DNA of 64,000 nucleotides from assembly GCF_964213995.1 (NCBI RefSeq), contig NW_027590357.1:248001-312000 (forward strand), given 5' to 3'. Both the position numbers and the translations under genes were made by a program. Every line of letters begins with the position of its first letter. Positions within the stretch are counted from its first letter, which is position 1. The notes beneath the pieces were generated by a model. The model saw only the letters and a program-made list of their open reading frames with translations. It did not search any database and was not told the DNA's origin. This DNA is from Mustelus asterias (taxonomy: Eukaryota). Below, one piece after another: positions 36,045 through 48,543 of the stretch.

Positions 36045-36400
36045 ATCACACAAGGCCCGCGCTCTGATTGGCTGGAGGACCCGAATCCTTCCGGTCCTCC
36101 AACTCTTCCCATTGGCCAGAGCTGGTGAGGAGCAGTGAATCAAAAGTGCGCATGTGTGGGTTTTTAGGAGGAATGCGCATGTGCGAGTGTGGGGCGGGGC
36201 CCGGGACAAAGCCGGCGCACTGACCACTGTCTGTCCGGATCTTCCAGCCTTTTCCAATGGACAACATCTCAGCGCGGCTGGAGGGCAAAGTCCCGCCCAC
36301 CCCCACGAGGGGCTCCGCCCCTCATTGTCTGTCTGCAGGGGATTGACCAATGGGAACTCTGGAGGACCGGAAGGACTCTGGTTCAGCTGCTCATTCCTGC
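36045..36400. promoter_or_regulatory. GC-rich promoter between divergent ZNF-A and ZNF-B
   Basis: CCAAT/ATTGG boxes, GGGGCGGGG, GCGCATGTG (NRF1-like), CCGGAAG (ETS-like); paralogous to 57590-57815. Confidence 0.65.
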
Positions 36401-36481
36401 CCAGCAAAACTGCTGCTGCTCTCTGTCTGAATGAAGATTGAGCTTTCGACAGACTCAAGGAAGTGAAAAGGATCAGCCAAT

Positions 36482-36592
36482 GCCTACGACAATACCAGTC
36501 TGAAAACGCCTGACCTCGGAAGCTAAGCAGACTCAGGCCTGGTTAGTACTTGAATAGGAGACCTCCTGGGAATACCAGGTGTAGTAGACTTT
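36482..36592 (+). pseudogene. 5S rRNA pseudogene (about 10-nt internal deletion)
   Basis: GCCTACG...CTCGGAAGCTAAGCAG...GGCCTGGTTAGTACTTGaATaGGAGACCtCCTGGGAATACCAGGTG...CTTT. Confidence 0.9.
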
Positions 36593-36918
36593 AGGATGGC
36601 ATGGTGGCACAGTGGTTAGCACTGCTGCCTCACAGCGTCAGGGACTTGGGTTAAATTCCTGTTTTGAGTCACTGTCTGTGTGGACTTTGCATGTTCTCTC
36701 CCCATGTGGGTTTCTCCCGGGTGCTCCGGTTTCCTCCCACGGTCCAAAAGATGTGCGGGTCAGGTGGATTGGCCATGTTAAATTGCCCCTTAGTGCCAGG
36801 GGGACAAGTTAGGGTAAATGCACAGAGGTACGGGGATAGGGCCCGAGTGGGATTGTGGTTGGTGCAGACTCGATGGGACGAATGGCCTCCTTCTACACTA
36901 TAGGATTGTATGATTCCA
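36593..36918 (+). mobile_element. HE1-type SINE directly after the 5S copy
   Basis: Family sequence. Confidence 0.85.
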
Positions 36919-37913
36919 TGAAGTGAATCCAGAGAGGGTGCAGACTCTGGAAAGGTTGGCCCAGGTCTCTCTCCCTCTCTTAAAGACATTGACGTTCTTT
37001 GCTCCCTCAGCTTGACACATTGATTTGCTTGGTTAAGAGGATGTTCTCTTTCCTAATGTTCAGAATTAAAGGGCTGCTTTCCCCAGGAGATGGCTGACAT
37101 TTAAGGGGACAGTAAATTAGTATAGGACAGAGATATATCTCGTGATTTTTTTGTCACAGATTAGATAAATTATTTATGGTTCTGCAATGAAGTAATTTAT
37201 TCTTACTTATATTCTTGTAATATTGTTCTGTACCTATGTTATATACTTCCAGTTATAGAGTCATTACAGCAAAGGGGTCCTTTCAGCCACACACGTCCAT
37301 CCTGACTCTTGGTAAAAGTCTCTTAGTTCTGGAAGCAGTGAACATGGATCTGTCAATCAGCCTCAATCAGCACCTTCAGGAGAATTGGGAGGGTGAATAT
37401 TAGATACAGCAGAGTGAGAATGGAGGGAGAGTGTGTGGGATGGAGATTCACAGGAATGAGAGAGGAAAGAATGTTCCATAGAAACTAGAATTGTCTGTTC
37501 TGAATTTCTATCCTGTACTGACAGTGATGCATTTTGTAAACTCCTTTTACAGGATATCTGAAGGTGAAGATTTGCAGGCAGAAATATCAAACCAAATGTC
37601 ACACTAAGATCTCACAAATTCACTCTATTTATCGGAACCTGAATATCATCAGTCTTTCAATTTAGAAGGATAAATTTTTGTCTGTTCTGTCTTTTTCAGG
37701 AGATCTTAAATATCAGTGTGCCTGGAAAAGCACTGAAACACACACACACACCTGAGTGAGCGTGTTCCAGTGCACGGACTGTGGAAAGAGCTTTAACACA
37801 GTCTGAAAAAACATTGCACCATTCACATCAGGGAGAGAAATTAATTGTGTTCTGTGTGTGGACGAGGCTTCAGCAGATCGTGAAACCAGCAGAGTCACAA
37901 GGACACCCGCACC

Positions 37914-38672
37914 ATGGAGAAACGGTGGAAATGTGGGGACTGTGGGAAGGGATTCAATTACCCATCAAAGCTGGAAACTCATCGACGCAGTCACACTGGG
38001 GAGAGACCATTCACCTGCTCTCTTTGTGGGAAGGGATTTAGTCAATTCTCCCTTCTGCTTACACACCAGAGAGTTCACACCGGGGAGAGGCCATTCGCCT
38101 GTTCTGAGTGTGGGAAGGGATTTAGTGATTTAGCCACACTGCGGAGACACCAGCGAATTCACGGTGGGGAGAGACCATTCACCTGCTCTGACTGTGGGAC
38201 GGGATTCATTCAATCATCCCATTTGCTGGCACACCAGCGAGTTCACACTGGGGAGAAGCCATTCACCTGCCCTGTTTGCGGAAAAGTATTCAGTAATTCA
38301 TCCACGCTACTGACACACCAGCGAGTTCACACTGGAGACAGACCGTTCAATTGCTCTGACTGTGGAAAGGGATTCATTCAGTCATCCCACTTGCTGACAC
38401 ACCAGCGGGTCCACACAGGGGAAAAGCCATTCACCTGCTCTGAGTGTGGGAGAGGATTCAGTGATTCATCAAACCTGCTGACACACCAGCGAGTTCACAC
38501 TGAGAAGAAGCCATTCAACTGCTGTGTGTGTGGAAGGGGATTCAAACATTCAGCAACCGTGATGAAACACCAGCGAGTTCACACCGGGGAGAGACCGTTC
38601 ACCTGCTCCATGTGTGGGAAGGGATTCACATTGTTATGCAACCTGCAGAGACACCAGCGAGTTCACAAATGA
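37914..38672 (+). CDS. Tandem C2H2 zinc-finger protein, 9 fingers (ZNF-B)
   Basis: Starts [10 protein letters not shown]; 9 intact fingers; putative splice acceptor TTTTACAG at about 37552. Confidence 0.88.
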   Translation: MEKRWKCGDCGKGFNYPSKLETHRRSHTGERPFTCSLCGKGFSQFSLLLTHQRVHTGERPFACSECGKGFSDLATLRRHQRIHGGERPFTCSDCGTGFIQSSHLLAHQRVHTGEKPFTCPVCGKVFSNSSTLLTHQRVHTGDRPFNCSDCGKGFIQSSHLLTHQRVHTGEKPFTCSECGRGFSDSSNLLTHQRVHTEKKPFNCCVCGRGFKHSATVMKHQRVHTGERPFTCSMCGKGFTLLCNLQRHQRVHK

Positions 38673-39518
38673 TAACAGTGGTTGGATTCTGCTGTTATTG
38701 CCGCTGTTAATCACATCCAGGACTGAACCATGTTCATTCTGACAGTAGGTGAAGTGGGAGTGTCGGAGAGTTTCTTTCTGCTGGACTGGCCGGTCCCACA
38801 ACTTTGCTTCCAGTGGCTGATGATCTTTGAGCCTGGGAGAGCACATTTCCACTGAAATGATCCACATTTGATGGCAGGATTAGAGGGTACACGTGAAGCT
38901 TCTTGTAATTTAATTGTGGAAGTCAATTCTGGAGAAATGCTGTCTTAAATTGTATTCGCTTTTTAACTTAAAGAGAAATAGTCACTTTCCTTCAACATAC
39001 ACACAGATTAGTGTGGGTTTGATTATTGGCTTCAGTCATGGTGGTGTTGTGATGTATTTTCTGCAATTTTTATTTCTTATGAACATGTTAATGTATGAAT
39101 AGAAAATGGTATTTTATAATGTGTATATGGCTTCCTGAGCTTTAGCACACCTGTCACCTTTCTGTGTAGATTTTCTATGTTCTGTAGTAATTGCTGTATT
39201 AGTTTAAGTTTGTGTATCTCTTGTACTTTTAGTTATTTGTCTTTAAGTAACTTGCTTCAGGCGTCGGCAGTCACTAAGAAATGAAACATCACACCTCAGA
39301 TGTAGCAGTGAGGTCGATGAGCCTGACGAACATCAATCATTAGGAAGTGACACCACACGTCCTTTTATTACAGGGAAGCAGACACACAAATTACCTTGTG
39401 CTGCCTTGTTATCTCAGTGGAAAAGCTTTGAACTTACTACAGCAGCAGGGAAAAGCAATAAAGAAAAGGATGTTGCTGCAAGTGTCTGAGATCCTGGATT
39501 AACTCAGTTAGGAGTTAA

Positions 39519-42500
39519 TAGAACATAGAACATAGAACATAGAAAGCCACAGCACAAACAGGCCCTTCGGCCCACAAGTTGCGCCGATCACATCCCCACC
39601 TCTAGGCCTATCTATAGCCCTCAATCCCATTAAATCCCATGTACTCATCCAGAAGTCTCTTAAAAGACCCCAACGAGTTTGCCTCCACCACCACCGACGT
39701 CAGCCGATTCCACTCACCCACCACCCTCTGAGTGAAAAACTTACCCCTGACATCCCCCCTGTACCTACCCCCCAGCACCTTAAACCTGTGTCCTCTCGTA
39801 GCAACCATTTCAGCCCTTGGAAATAGCCTCTGAGAGTCCACCCTATCCAGACCCCTCAACATCTTGTAAACCTCTATCAGGTCACCTCTCATCCTTCGTC
39901 TCTCCAGGGAGAAGAGACCAAGCTCCCTCAACCTATCCTCATAAGGCATGCCCCCCAATCCAGGCAACATCCTTGTAAATCTCCTCTGCACCCTTTCAAT
40001 GGCTTCAACATCTTTCCTGTAATGAGGTGACCAGAACTGCGCGCAGTACTCCAAGTGGGGTCTAACCAGGGTCCTATAAAGCTGCAGCATTATCTCCCGA
40101 CTCCTAAACTCAATCCCTCGATTAATGAAGGCTAGTACGCCATACGCCTTCTTGACCGCATCCTCCACCTGCGAGGCCGATTTAAGAGTCCTATGGACCC
40201 GGACCCCAAGGTCCTTCTGATCCTCTACACTGCTAAGAATGGTACCCTTCATTTTATACTGCTGCTCCATCCCATTGGATCTGCCAAAATGGATCACTAC
40301 ACACTTATCCGGGTTGAAGTCCATCTGCCACTTCTCCGCCCAGTCTTGCATTCTATCTATGTCTCGCTGCAACTTCTGACATCCCTCCAAACTATCCACA
40401 ACACCACCTACCTTGGTGTCGTCAGCAAACTTACCAACCCATCCCTCCACTTCCTCATCCAGGTCATTTATGAAAATGACAAACAGCAAGGGTCCCAGAA
40501 CAGATCCCTGGGGCACTCCACTGGTCACTGACCTCCATGCAGAGAAAGACCCCTCCACAGCCACTCTCTGCCTTCTGCAGGCAAGCCAGTTCTGGATCCA
40601 CAAGGCAACAGCCCCTTGGATCCCATGCCCTCTCACTTTCTCAAGAAGTCTTGCATGGGGGACCTTATCGAACGCTTTGCTGAAGTCCATATAGACCACA
40701 TCCACCGCTCTTCCTTCGTCAATGTGCTTGGTCACATTTTCAAAGAACTCAACCAGGCTCGTAAGGCACGACCTGCCCCTGACAAAGCCGTGCTGACTAC
40801 TTTTGATCATACTAAACTTCTCTAGATGATCATAAATCCTGTCTCTCAGGATCCTCTCCATCAACTTACCAACCACTGAGGTTAGACTCACCGGTCGGTA
40901 ATTTCCCGGGCTGTCCCTGTTCCCTTTCTTGAATATAGGGACCACATCCGCAATCCTCCAATCCTCCGGAACCTCTCCCGTCTCCATCGACGATGCAAAG
41001 ATCATCGCCAAAGGCTCCGCAATCTCCTCCCTCGCCTCCCACAGTAACCTGGGGTACATCCCATCCGGTCCCGGCGACTTACCAACCTTGATGCCATTCA
41101 ATAGTTCCAACACATCCTCTTTCTTTATGTCCACATGCTCGATCCTTTCTGTCCTCCGCAATCCAGCAGTACAACCACCCAGATCCCTTTCCACCGTGAA
41201 TACCGAGGTAAAGTATTCATTAAGCAGCTCCGCCATTTCTAACGGTTCCGCACAAACTTTTCCCCCTTCACCTTTTAAGGGTCCTATGCCTTCACATCTC
41301 ATCCTTTTACTCTTGACATATTTGTAGAAAGCCTTGGGATTCTCCTTAATCTTACCCGCCAAGGTCTTCTCATGACCCCTTCTCGCTCTCCTAATTTCCT
41401 TCTTAAGCTCCTTCCTACATCGCGTATACTCCTCTAAATCCTTAACACCTCCTAGCTCTCTGAACCTTCTGTACGCCTCTCTTTTCTTATTCACCAGGTT
41501 CATCACAACCTTCGTGCACCACGGTTCCCGTACCCTACCAACACCCCCCTGTCTCATCGGAACGTTGTCATGCAGAGCTCCAGACAAACATTCCTTGAAA
41601 ATCCTCCACTTTCCTTCGGTACTTTTCCCCAAGAATGCCTCCTTCCAATTTACCCGTCTAATTTCCTCCCTGATGACACTGTATTTCCCTTTACTCCAGA
41701 GAAACACTTTCCTAGCCTGCCTGACCCTATCTCTTTCCAATGCTATCGTGAAGGAGATAGAATTATGATCGCTATCCCCAAGATGCTCACCCACCGAGAG
41801 ATCCTCCACCTGTCCAGGTTCATTAGCCAGCACCAGATCAAGAACAGCCTCTCCTCTAGTAGGCTTATCCACATACTGTGTCAGGAAACTCTCCTGGACA
41901 CACCTAACAAACTCCTCTCCATCCAAACCCCTAGCCCTAGGGATATTCCAATCTATGTTTGGGAAATTAAAATCTCCCATCACGACAACTCTGTTATTCC
42001 TACATCTCTCCAGGATCTGTTTCCCCATCTGCTCCTCAACATCTCTGTTACTATTGGGCGGCCTATAGAAAACACCCAGCAAAGTTACCGACCCCTTCCT
42101 GTTCCTAACCTCCACCCACAGAGATTCCGTAGTCAGTCCCTCCACGGCGTCCACCTTCTCTACAGCCGTGACACTATCCCTGATCAACAGTGCCACTCTT
42201 GCCTCCCTCCCTGTCCTTCCTGAAACATCTAAAACCCGGCACCTGAAGCACCCAGTCCTGTCCCTGAGACATCCAAGTCTCCGTAATGGCCACCACATCA
42301 CAATTCGAAGCAGCAATCCACGCTCCAAGCTCATCCACTTTATTCACTACACTCCTGGCATTAAAATAGACACATCTCAGACCTTCAGCCTGAGCACTTC
42401 CCTTCTCCCTCACTCGTCTAACCTCCCTCTTACCCTGTCTACATTCCTTATCTATTTGCGAGCTAACCTCCTCGCTCTCAGTCCCCTCATTTCGATTCCC

Positions 42501-42850
42501 TCCCCCCAACCTTTCTAGTTTAAAGTCTCACCAGTAGCCTTAGCCACCCTTCCCGCCAGGATATTGGTCCCCCTGGGATTCAAGTGCCACCCGTCTTTTT
42601 TAAACAGGTCACACCTGCCCCTAAAGAGGTCCCAATGATCCAAGTACCCAAATCCTTGTCCCTTGCTCCAGTCCCTCAGCCACGCATTAATTCTCCACCG
42701 ATTCCTGTTCTCACTCTCCCGCGGCACAGGCAGCAATCCCGAGATTACTACCTTTGCATTCCTCTTTCTCAGCTGTCTACCCAACTCCCTATATTCTCTT
42801 TTCATGACCCCTTCCCTCTTCCTACCTATATCAGCAGTACCTATATGCAT
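39519..42850 (-). mobile_element. Near full-length CR1 LINE (ORF1 end plus ORF2 with one frameshift near 42195)
   Basis: 908-aa APE-RT ORF; its N-terminus is in another frame (YFNARS, ITETW); ORF1 SGNH remnant DGWHLN; (GTTCTAT)n tail. Confidence 0.96.
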
Positions 42851-42882
42851 CATTAATGGGAAGTGATGTCAGCAAGGTGACC

Positions 42883-43200
42883 AGGGCAGCACGGTGACAC
42901 AGTGGTTCGCACTGCTGCCACACAGTGCCAGGAACCCGGGTTCAATTCCGGCCTTGAGCAACTGTGTGGAGTTTGCACATTCTCCCCGTGTCTGCGTGGG
43001 TTTTCTTCAGGTGCTCCGGTTTCCTCCCACACTCCAAAGATGTGCAGGCTAGATTGAATGGCTGTGTTAAATTGCCTCTTAGTGTCAGGGGAATTAGTTG
43101 GGTAAATAAGTGGGGTTACGGGGATAGGTCCTGGGTGGGATTGTGGTCAGAGCAGACTCGATGGGCCAAATGGCCTCCTTCTGCACTGTAGGGATTCTAT
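42883..43200 (+). mobile_element. HE1-type SINE
   Basis: Family sequence; flanked by an approximately 34-bp duplication. Confidence 0.85.
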
Positions 43201-44371
43201 GAGTTAATAGGAAGTGACATCAGCAAGATGACCAATATCCTTCAGGGACCAATCAAACATTGATCATGCACCATTTTATCAATCAGGGATTGATCATGTG
43301 CTGCTGAGGCCAATCAGAACCACAGCAGACGAGTGACAAAGCTGAATGAGCGAATACCGCACAGAGATAGTTGTGAGCGAGGGTTAATGAGTGACAATTT
43401 TCCGGAGCTCGGTGCGCAACACGACACAACATGAAGTAAGAAGATAGACTTTGGTCAACAGAACAGCCGACAGCCACAGTCAACCAGAAGCCGAGAGCTG
43501 GTGTTCCAGAGTGAGTGGACTGATCCACTGTGTTTAAATATTGTGATTTTATACTTATTACAATTAATAAATTCTGTGACAACATTCTTGTACCTGGAAT
43601 GGTCTGTAACTAGTCAGGAGCTGCAGATTCCTTTCACAACTTATTCCAATGGGTAACTGACTTGACTGTTACAATTGAGATTGGAGCCAAACCCATATCT
43701 GACAACAGGATAGAATTGAAGGGGAGAAGTGTGGGTCTAAGACCAGTGTTTTAAACCAAAATAAAGGGACTGAAGGCAGAGCTGGCAAAGCCATACAAAG
43801 TAAGGGAAATTATATTGTTTGATCTTTGATTTGTTTGACACATTTTCTGTGTATTTTTATGATCCTGGTTGGGACCGTTAATGTTTAAAGAGAAATTCAA
43901 AAAGCTGGTAATTTACTGTAAGAATTATACCACAAGATTTTATGCATTTAACCGAAAACAAACTTTATTGGATATATGAAACAAAAGAAAATTAAAAATC
44001 AACACTACAAACTTAACACTGTAGTTTAGAAAGACTTATGTTATAAACTCAGTTCTACATTTTAACTTCTTCCCCTAGGTTTCCCTAATACTTCATGATA
44101 TCTTGAAGGTTCATTCACTTCTGTTCCTGTGAACATATGGAAGGTGCGTCAAAGCTCCCCAGAATTCACTTTTAATTCTCCGTGTTCCAGCTATTCTCCA
44201 AGATTTTATGAGGTCCTTCCATTAGTTTCCCACTAAACAACCTTCTAACTTTCCTCTAAGATCTCAAAACTGTGGACTCCTCAGACCAAGCCTGAGCTTC
44301 ACTGCCTTCTTGTGGAGGGATTTAAACATTAGGAACAGCCCTGGTTCCTCATGGCCCTCTGGGCTTCTAGT

Positions 44372-44433
44372 CCCACAGCTGGTTCACAGCTCCTCATCCC
44401 ACAGCTGGTTCACAGCTCCTGGTCCCACAGCTG
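44372..44433. repeat. 26-bp minisatellite, about 2.4 copies
   Basis: CCCACAGCTGGTTCACAGCTCCTNNT repeated. Confidence 0.8.
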
Positions 44434-44544
44434 ATGGCTTCCAGGCTAACTGCAGACTGCCTGATTTCTGTGAAAGGTCAAAACCTCTCTCGTTTCTCCT
44501 TCCCGTTTAACTAAGGGTTGTGTGAAATATTCCATTCAGGGGAA

Positions 44545-44938
44545 GGTGGTGGGATAGTGGGAATGTCTCTGGCCGAGTAATGCAGAGACCCAGCAAAGGA
44601 TCTGGGGACAGTCGGCTGGTAGGATTTGAATTCAGTGAATCAATCTGGAATTATATAAAGTTAGTTTCATGGTCACCGTTACGAGACTATCATTGATTGT
44701 TGTAAAAACCTGTCCAGTTCACCCTATTAATGCTCCCTATTAGGGAGGGAAATCTGCCATCCTTACCCGGTCTGGCCTACATGTGAATCCAGACCCACAC
44801 AGCGATGTGGGTGACTCTTAACTGTCCCTCTGAAATGGCCGAGCAAGTCACTCCATTCAAGGGCAATTAGGAGATGAGCAACGTGTGCTGGGGCTTTGCC
44901 AGCAGTGTCCACATCCCAGGAAAGAATAAAGAATATTC
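44545..44938 (+). mobile_element. Second SINE family (also at 51630-51975 and 54378-54715)
   Basis: Shared GGTCTGGCCTACATGT core and GGGCAATTAGG..ATG tail; the other copies have a B-box GGTTCGAATCCC. Confidence 0.7.
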
Positions 44939-45574
44939 CACGGAAAGTGATGGGTGATTTGAAATGAATTGAAAGTAGGTCAGGAGGTGTTCGTACCGTC
45001 CAGAGCTGCTTTTCAATGGATCCTCCTGTTTAAAATAAAAACACATCAGTGTGCCCCTTTCCCAGACACAGTTGACCTCAGAATATCACAATGCTGTTTT
45101 TAAACATTCCTATGTTAAAGAATCAGACATTTAGAATTGTGAAACAGACAGAAATTAAATGTTCCGTTTTTCCTGGGATCCTCCTGTGCCTGGCACCGGT
45201 GTCCTGAACAAGGTTATTAACATTCTCTGGGTTAAAGGTTCCTCCTGGTTCTTGCTGTCTGTTGTGTCCTTTGTCACAGTCGGTACCAGGACATTTCTAT
45301 TGAAAGGTTGTTAAGAAATTCCAGTGAATTCCAGTCCCTTGTGTAACGTTCCATTTGGTGTGTGTCAGATTCAGAGATGTCCACGTGTGTGTGAAAAGGG
45401 TTCTGGGTAAGGGTTTTAACCCTTCTTTCCCCGTTAGTAACAATGAGCCCTGTATTCAATTCTAAAGTATAAAGTCCTCATTAGATATCAATTCTACCTG
45501 TTATCTACATTTCACCAACCAGTCTATATTTTCATCACAGGACTGCAGTGGGAGCACCGTCAACATCTTACTGA

Positions 45575-46865
45575 CTGGATCGATTTTATCGAGGAGGTGA
45601 CGAAGGTGATCGATGAGGGTAGAGCAGTGGATGTTGTGAACATGGATTTTAGTAAGGCTTTCAACAAGGTCCCTCATGGTCGGCGCATCCAGAAGATTAA
45701 GATGCATGGGATTCACGGTGACTTGGCCGCTTGGATTCAGAATTGACTTGCCCATAGAAGTCAGAGAGTAGTGGTGGAGGGTGTTTTTCAGACTGGAGGT
45801 CCATGACTAAAGAATATTCTTTATTCTTTCCTGGGATGTGGACACTGCTGGCAAAGCCCCAGCACACGTTGCTCAGCTCCTAATTGCCCTTGAACGGAGT
45901 GACTTGCTCGGCCATTTCAGAGGGACAGTTAAGTCAGACTAGCAGGGATCCGTACTGGGACCTGCGCTATTTGTGATATATAGAAATGACTTGGATGAAA
46001 ACGTGGATGGGTGGGTGAGTAAGCTTGCAGACGTCACAAAACTAGATGGAGTTGTAGATAGTGTAGAAGGTTGTCAAAGGATACAGTGGGATGTGGATCA
46101 GCTGCAGATATGAGCGGAGAAATGGCAGATGGATTTTAATCCGGGCAAGTGTGAGGTGCTGCACTTTGGGAGATCAAATATTAAGGATAAGTATACAGTT
46201 AATGTACAGAGGGATGTTGGGGTTCAAGTCCATAGCTTCCTGAAATTAGCCACACAAATATTTATCGGTAAAGAAGGCATATGGCATGCTTGCCTTTATT
46301 GAGTACAAGAGTCAGCATGTCATGTTGCAGCTTTATAAAAGTTTGTTTGGGCCGCGCTTAGAATATTGTGTTCAATTCTGGTCACCACATTACAGAAAGG
46401 ATGGAGAGGTTTTGATGAGGGTGCAGAAGAGGTTTCCCAGGATGCTGCCTGGACTGGAGGGTGTGAGCGACTGACAAACGAGGGTTGTTTTCTCGATAGC
46501 GGTGGAGGGTGAGGGGAGATCTGATAGCAGTCTATAAAATGAGAGACATAGAATCTTTTCCCTCAGAGTTGATATGTCGAATACCAGGGAGCATGCACTT
46601 AAGGTGAAACGGGGAAAGTTCAAAGGAGATGTGAGAGGTAGGTTGTTTTACACAGAGAGTGGTAGGTGTCTGGAACACGCTGCTAGGAGTGGTGGTGGAG
46701 GCAGATACGATAGGGGCGTTTAAGGGGGTTTTAAATAAGCACATGAATATGCAAGGAATAGAGGAATATGGACCAAGGGCAGGCAGAAAGGAATAGTTTA
46801 ATTTGGCATCATGTTCGACACAACATGGTGGGCTGAAGGGTCTGTTCCTGAGCTGTACTGTTCTA
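45575..46865 (+). mobile_element. Decayed CR1 RT fragment
   Basis: MDFSKAFNKVPH and LEYCVQFWSPHY remnants. Confidence 0.85.
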
Positions 46866-47208
46866 CGTACTATTTGTGATCTCCATTTAGAAAAAGGAAA
46901 TAGAGGCACTGGAGAAGGGGCAAGAAAGATTCACAAGAATAATCCCAGAACTGTAATCACTTGTGAACTCACTGGTGTTTCACCAAGTTTGCTGACTGAG
47001 TGAATCCCTTCCCAGTCAGAGCAGGTGACCAGCCTCTGCCTGGTGTGAACTCACTGGTGGGACATTAGTTCCCGAGAGCTTTTGAAGCCACGCCCACATT
47101 TAAAGGGTCTCTCCTGGGTGTGATGATGTTGTGCCTGGGCAGGCTGGATAACTGAGTAAATCCTTTCGCACACACCGAGCAGGTGAATGGTTTCTCCCCG
47201 GTGTGAAC

Positions 47209-48543
47209 TCACTGGTGTTTCAGCAGTGTTGATGATATTCTAAACCTCCTTGAACAGTGAGAGCAGCTGAACGGCCTCTCCCCGGTGTGAATGTGCTCGG
47301 GGATCATCAGTTCCTGAGAGCTTTTGAAGCCGGCTTCTCGGGCAGAGCATTTAAAGGGTCTCTCCTTGGAGTGAGTGTCTTTGTGTCTCAGCAGGCTGGT
47401 TGACTGAGTGAATCCCTTCCCACACACAGAGCAGGTGAACGGTCTTTCCCCAGTGTGAACTCGCTGATGTTCCCACAGGCTGGATGACGTTTTAAATCTC
47501 TTTGTGCAGTGAGAGCAGCTGAACGGTCTCTCCTCAGTGTGAATGCGCTGGTGGGACACCAGGTCCTGAGAGCTTTTGAATCCGCTCCCACAGTCAGAGC
47601 ATTGAAACGGTCTCTCATTAGTGTGAGTGACTTTGTGTCTGCGCAGGTGGGATGAAGTAGTGAATCCCTTCCCACACACCGAGCAGGTGAACGGTCTCTC
47701 CCCAGTGTGAACTCGCCGGTGCACTCGCAGGTTGGATGATGTTCTAAACCTCTTTGTGCAGTGAGAGCAGCTGAACGGTCTATCCTCAGTGTGAGTGCGC
47801 TGGTGGGACATCAGATCCTGAGAGTCTTTGAAGCCACTCCCACAGTCAGAGCATTTAAATGGTCTCTCATTGGTGTGAGTGGCTTTGTGTTTCTGCAAGC
47901 TGGATGAAGTTGTGAATCCCTTCCCACACACAGAGCAGGTGAACGGCCTTTCCCCGGTGTGAACTCGCTGGTGTGTCTGCAGGTTGGATGATGTTCTAAA
48001 CCTCTTTGTGCAGTGAGAGCAGCTGAACGGTCTCTCCTCAGTGTGAATGCGCTGGTGGTCCCTAAGTACCTGAGAGCTTTTGAATCTGCTCCCACAGTCA
48101 GAGCATTTAAATGGTCTCTCATTGGTGTGAGTGGCTTTGTGTTTCTGCAGGCTGGATGACTGAATGAATCCCTTCCCACACACAGAGCAGGTGAATGGTC
48201 TCTCCCCAGTGTGAACTCGCTGGTGTATCTGCAGGTTGGATGACGTTCTAAATGTCTTTGAGCAGTGAGAGCAGCTGAACGGTCTCTCCTCAGTGTGAAT
48301 GCGCTGGTGGGACATCAGATACTGAGAGCTTTTAAAACCACTCCCACAGTCACAGCATTTAAATGGTCTCTCATTGGTGTGAGTGAGATTGTGTTTCTGC
48401 AGGCTGGAAAACTGAGTGAATCCCTTCCCACACACAGAGCAGGTGAACGGCCTCTCCCCAGTGTGACTGCGTTTATGAATTTCCAGCTCAGATGGGAACC
48501 CGAATCTCTTCCCACAGTCCCCACATTTGCACGGTTTCTCCAT
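47209..48543 (-). CDS. Tandem C2H2 zinc-finger protein, 14 intact fingers in a 3-finger repeat (ZNF-C); C-terminus decayed
   Basis: ATG of MEKPCKC at 48543; premature TGA inside finger 16; finger relics continue to about 46960. Confidence 0.85.
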   Translation of the reverse strand: MEKPCKCGDCGKRFGFPSELEIHKRSHTGERPFTCSVCGKGFTQFSSLQKHNLTHTNERPFKCCDCGSGFKSSQYLMSHQRIHTEERPFSCSHCSKTFRTSSNLQIHQRVHTGERPFTCSVCGKGFIQSSSLQKHKATHTNERPFKCSDCGSRFKSSQVLRDHQRIHTEERPFSCSHCTKRFRTSSNLQTHQRVHTGERPFTCSVCGKGFTTSSSLQKHKATHTNERPFKCSDCGSGFKDSQDLMSHQRTHTEDRPFSCSHCTKRFRTSSNLRVHRRVHTGERPFTCSVCGKGFTTSSHLRRHKVTHTNERPFQCSDCGSGFKSSQDLVSHQRIHTEERPFSCSHCTKRFKTSSSLWEHQRVHTGERPFTCSVCGKGFTQSTSLLRHKDTHSKERPFKCSAREAGFKSSQELMIPEHIHTGERPFSCSHCSRRFRISSTLLKHQ

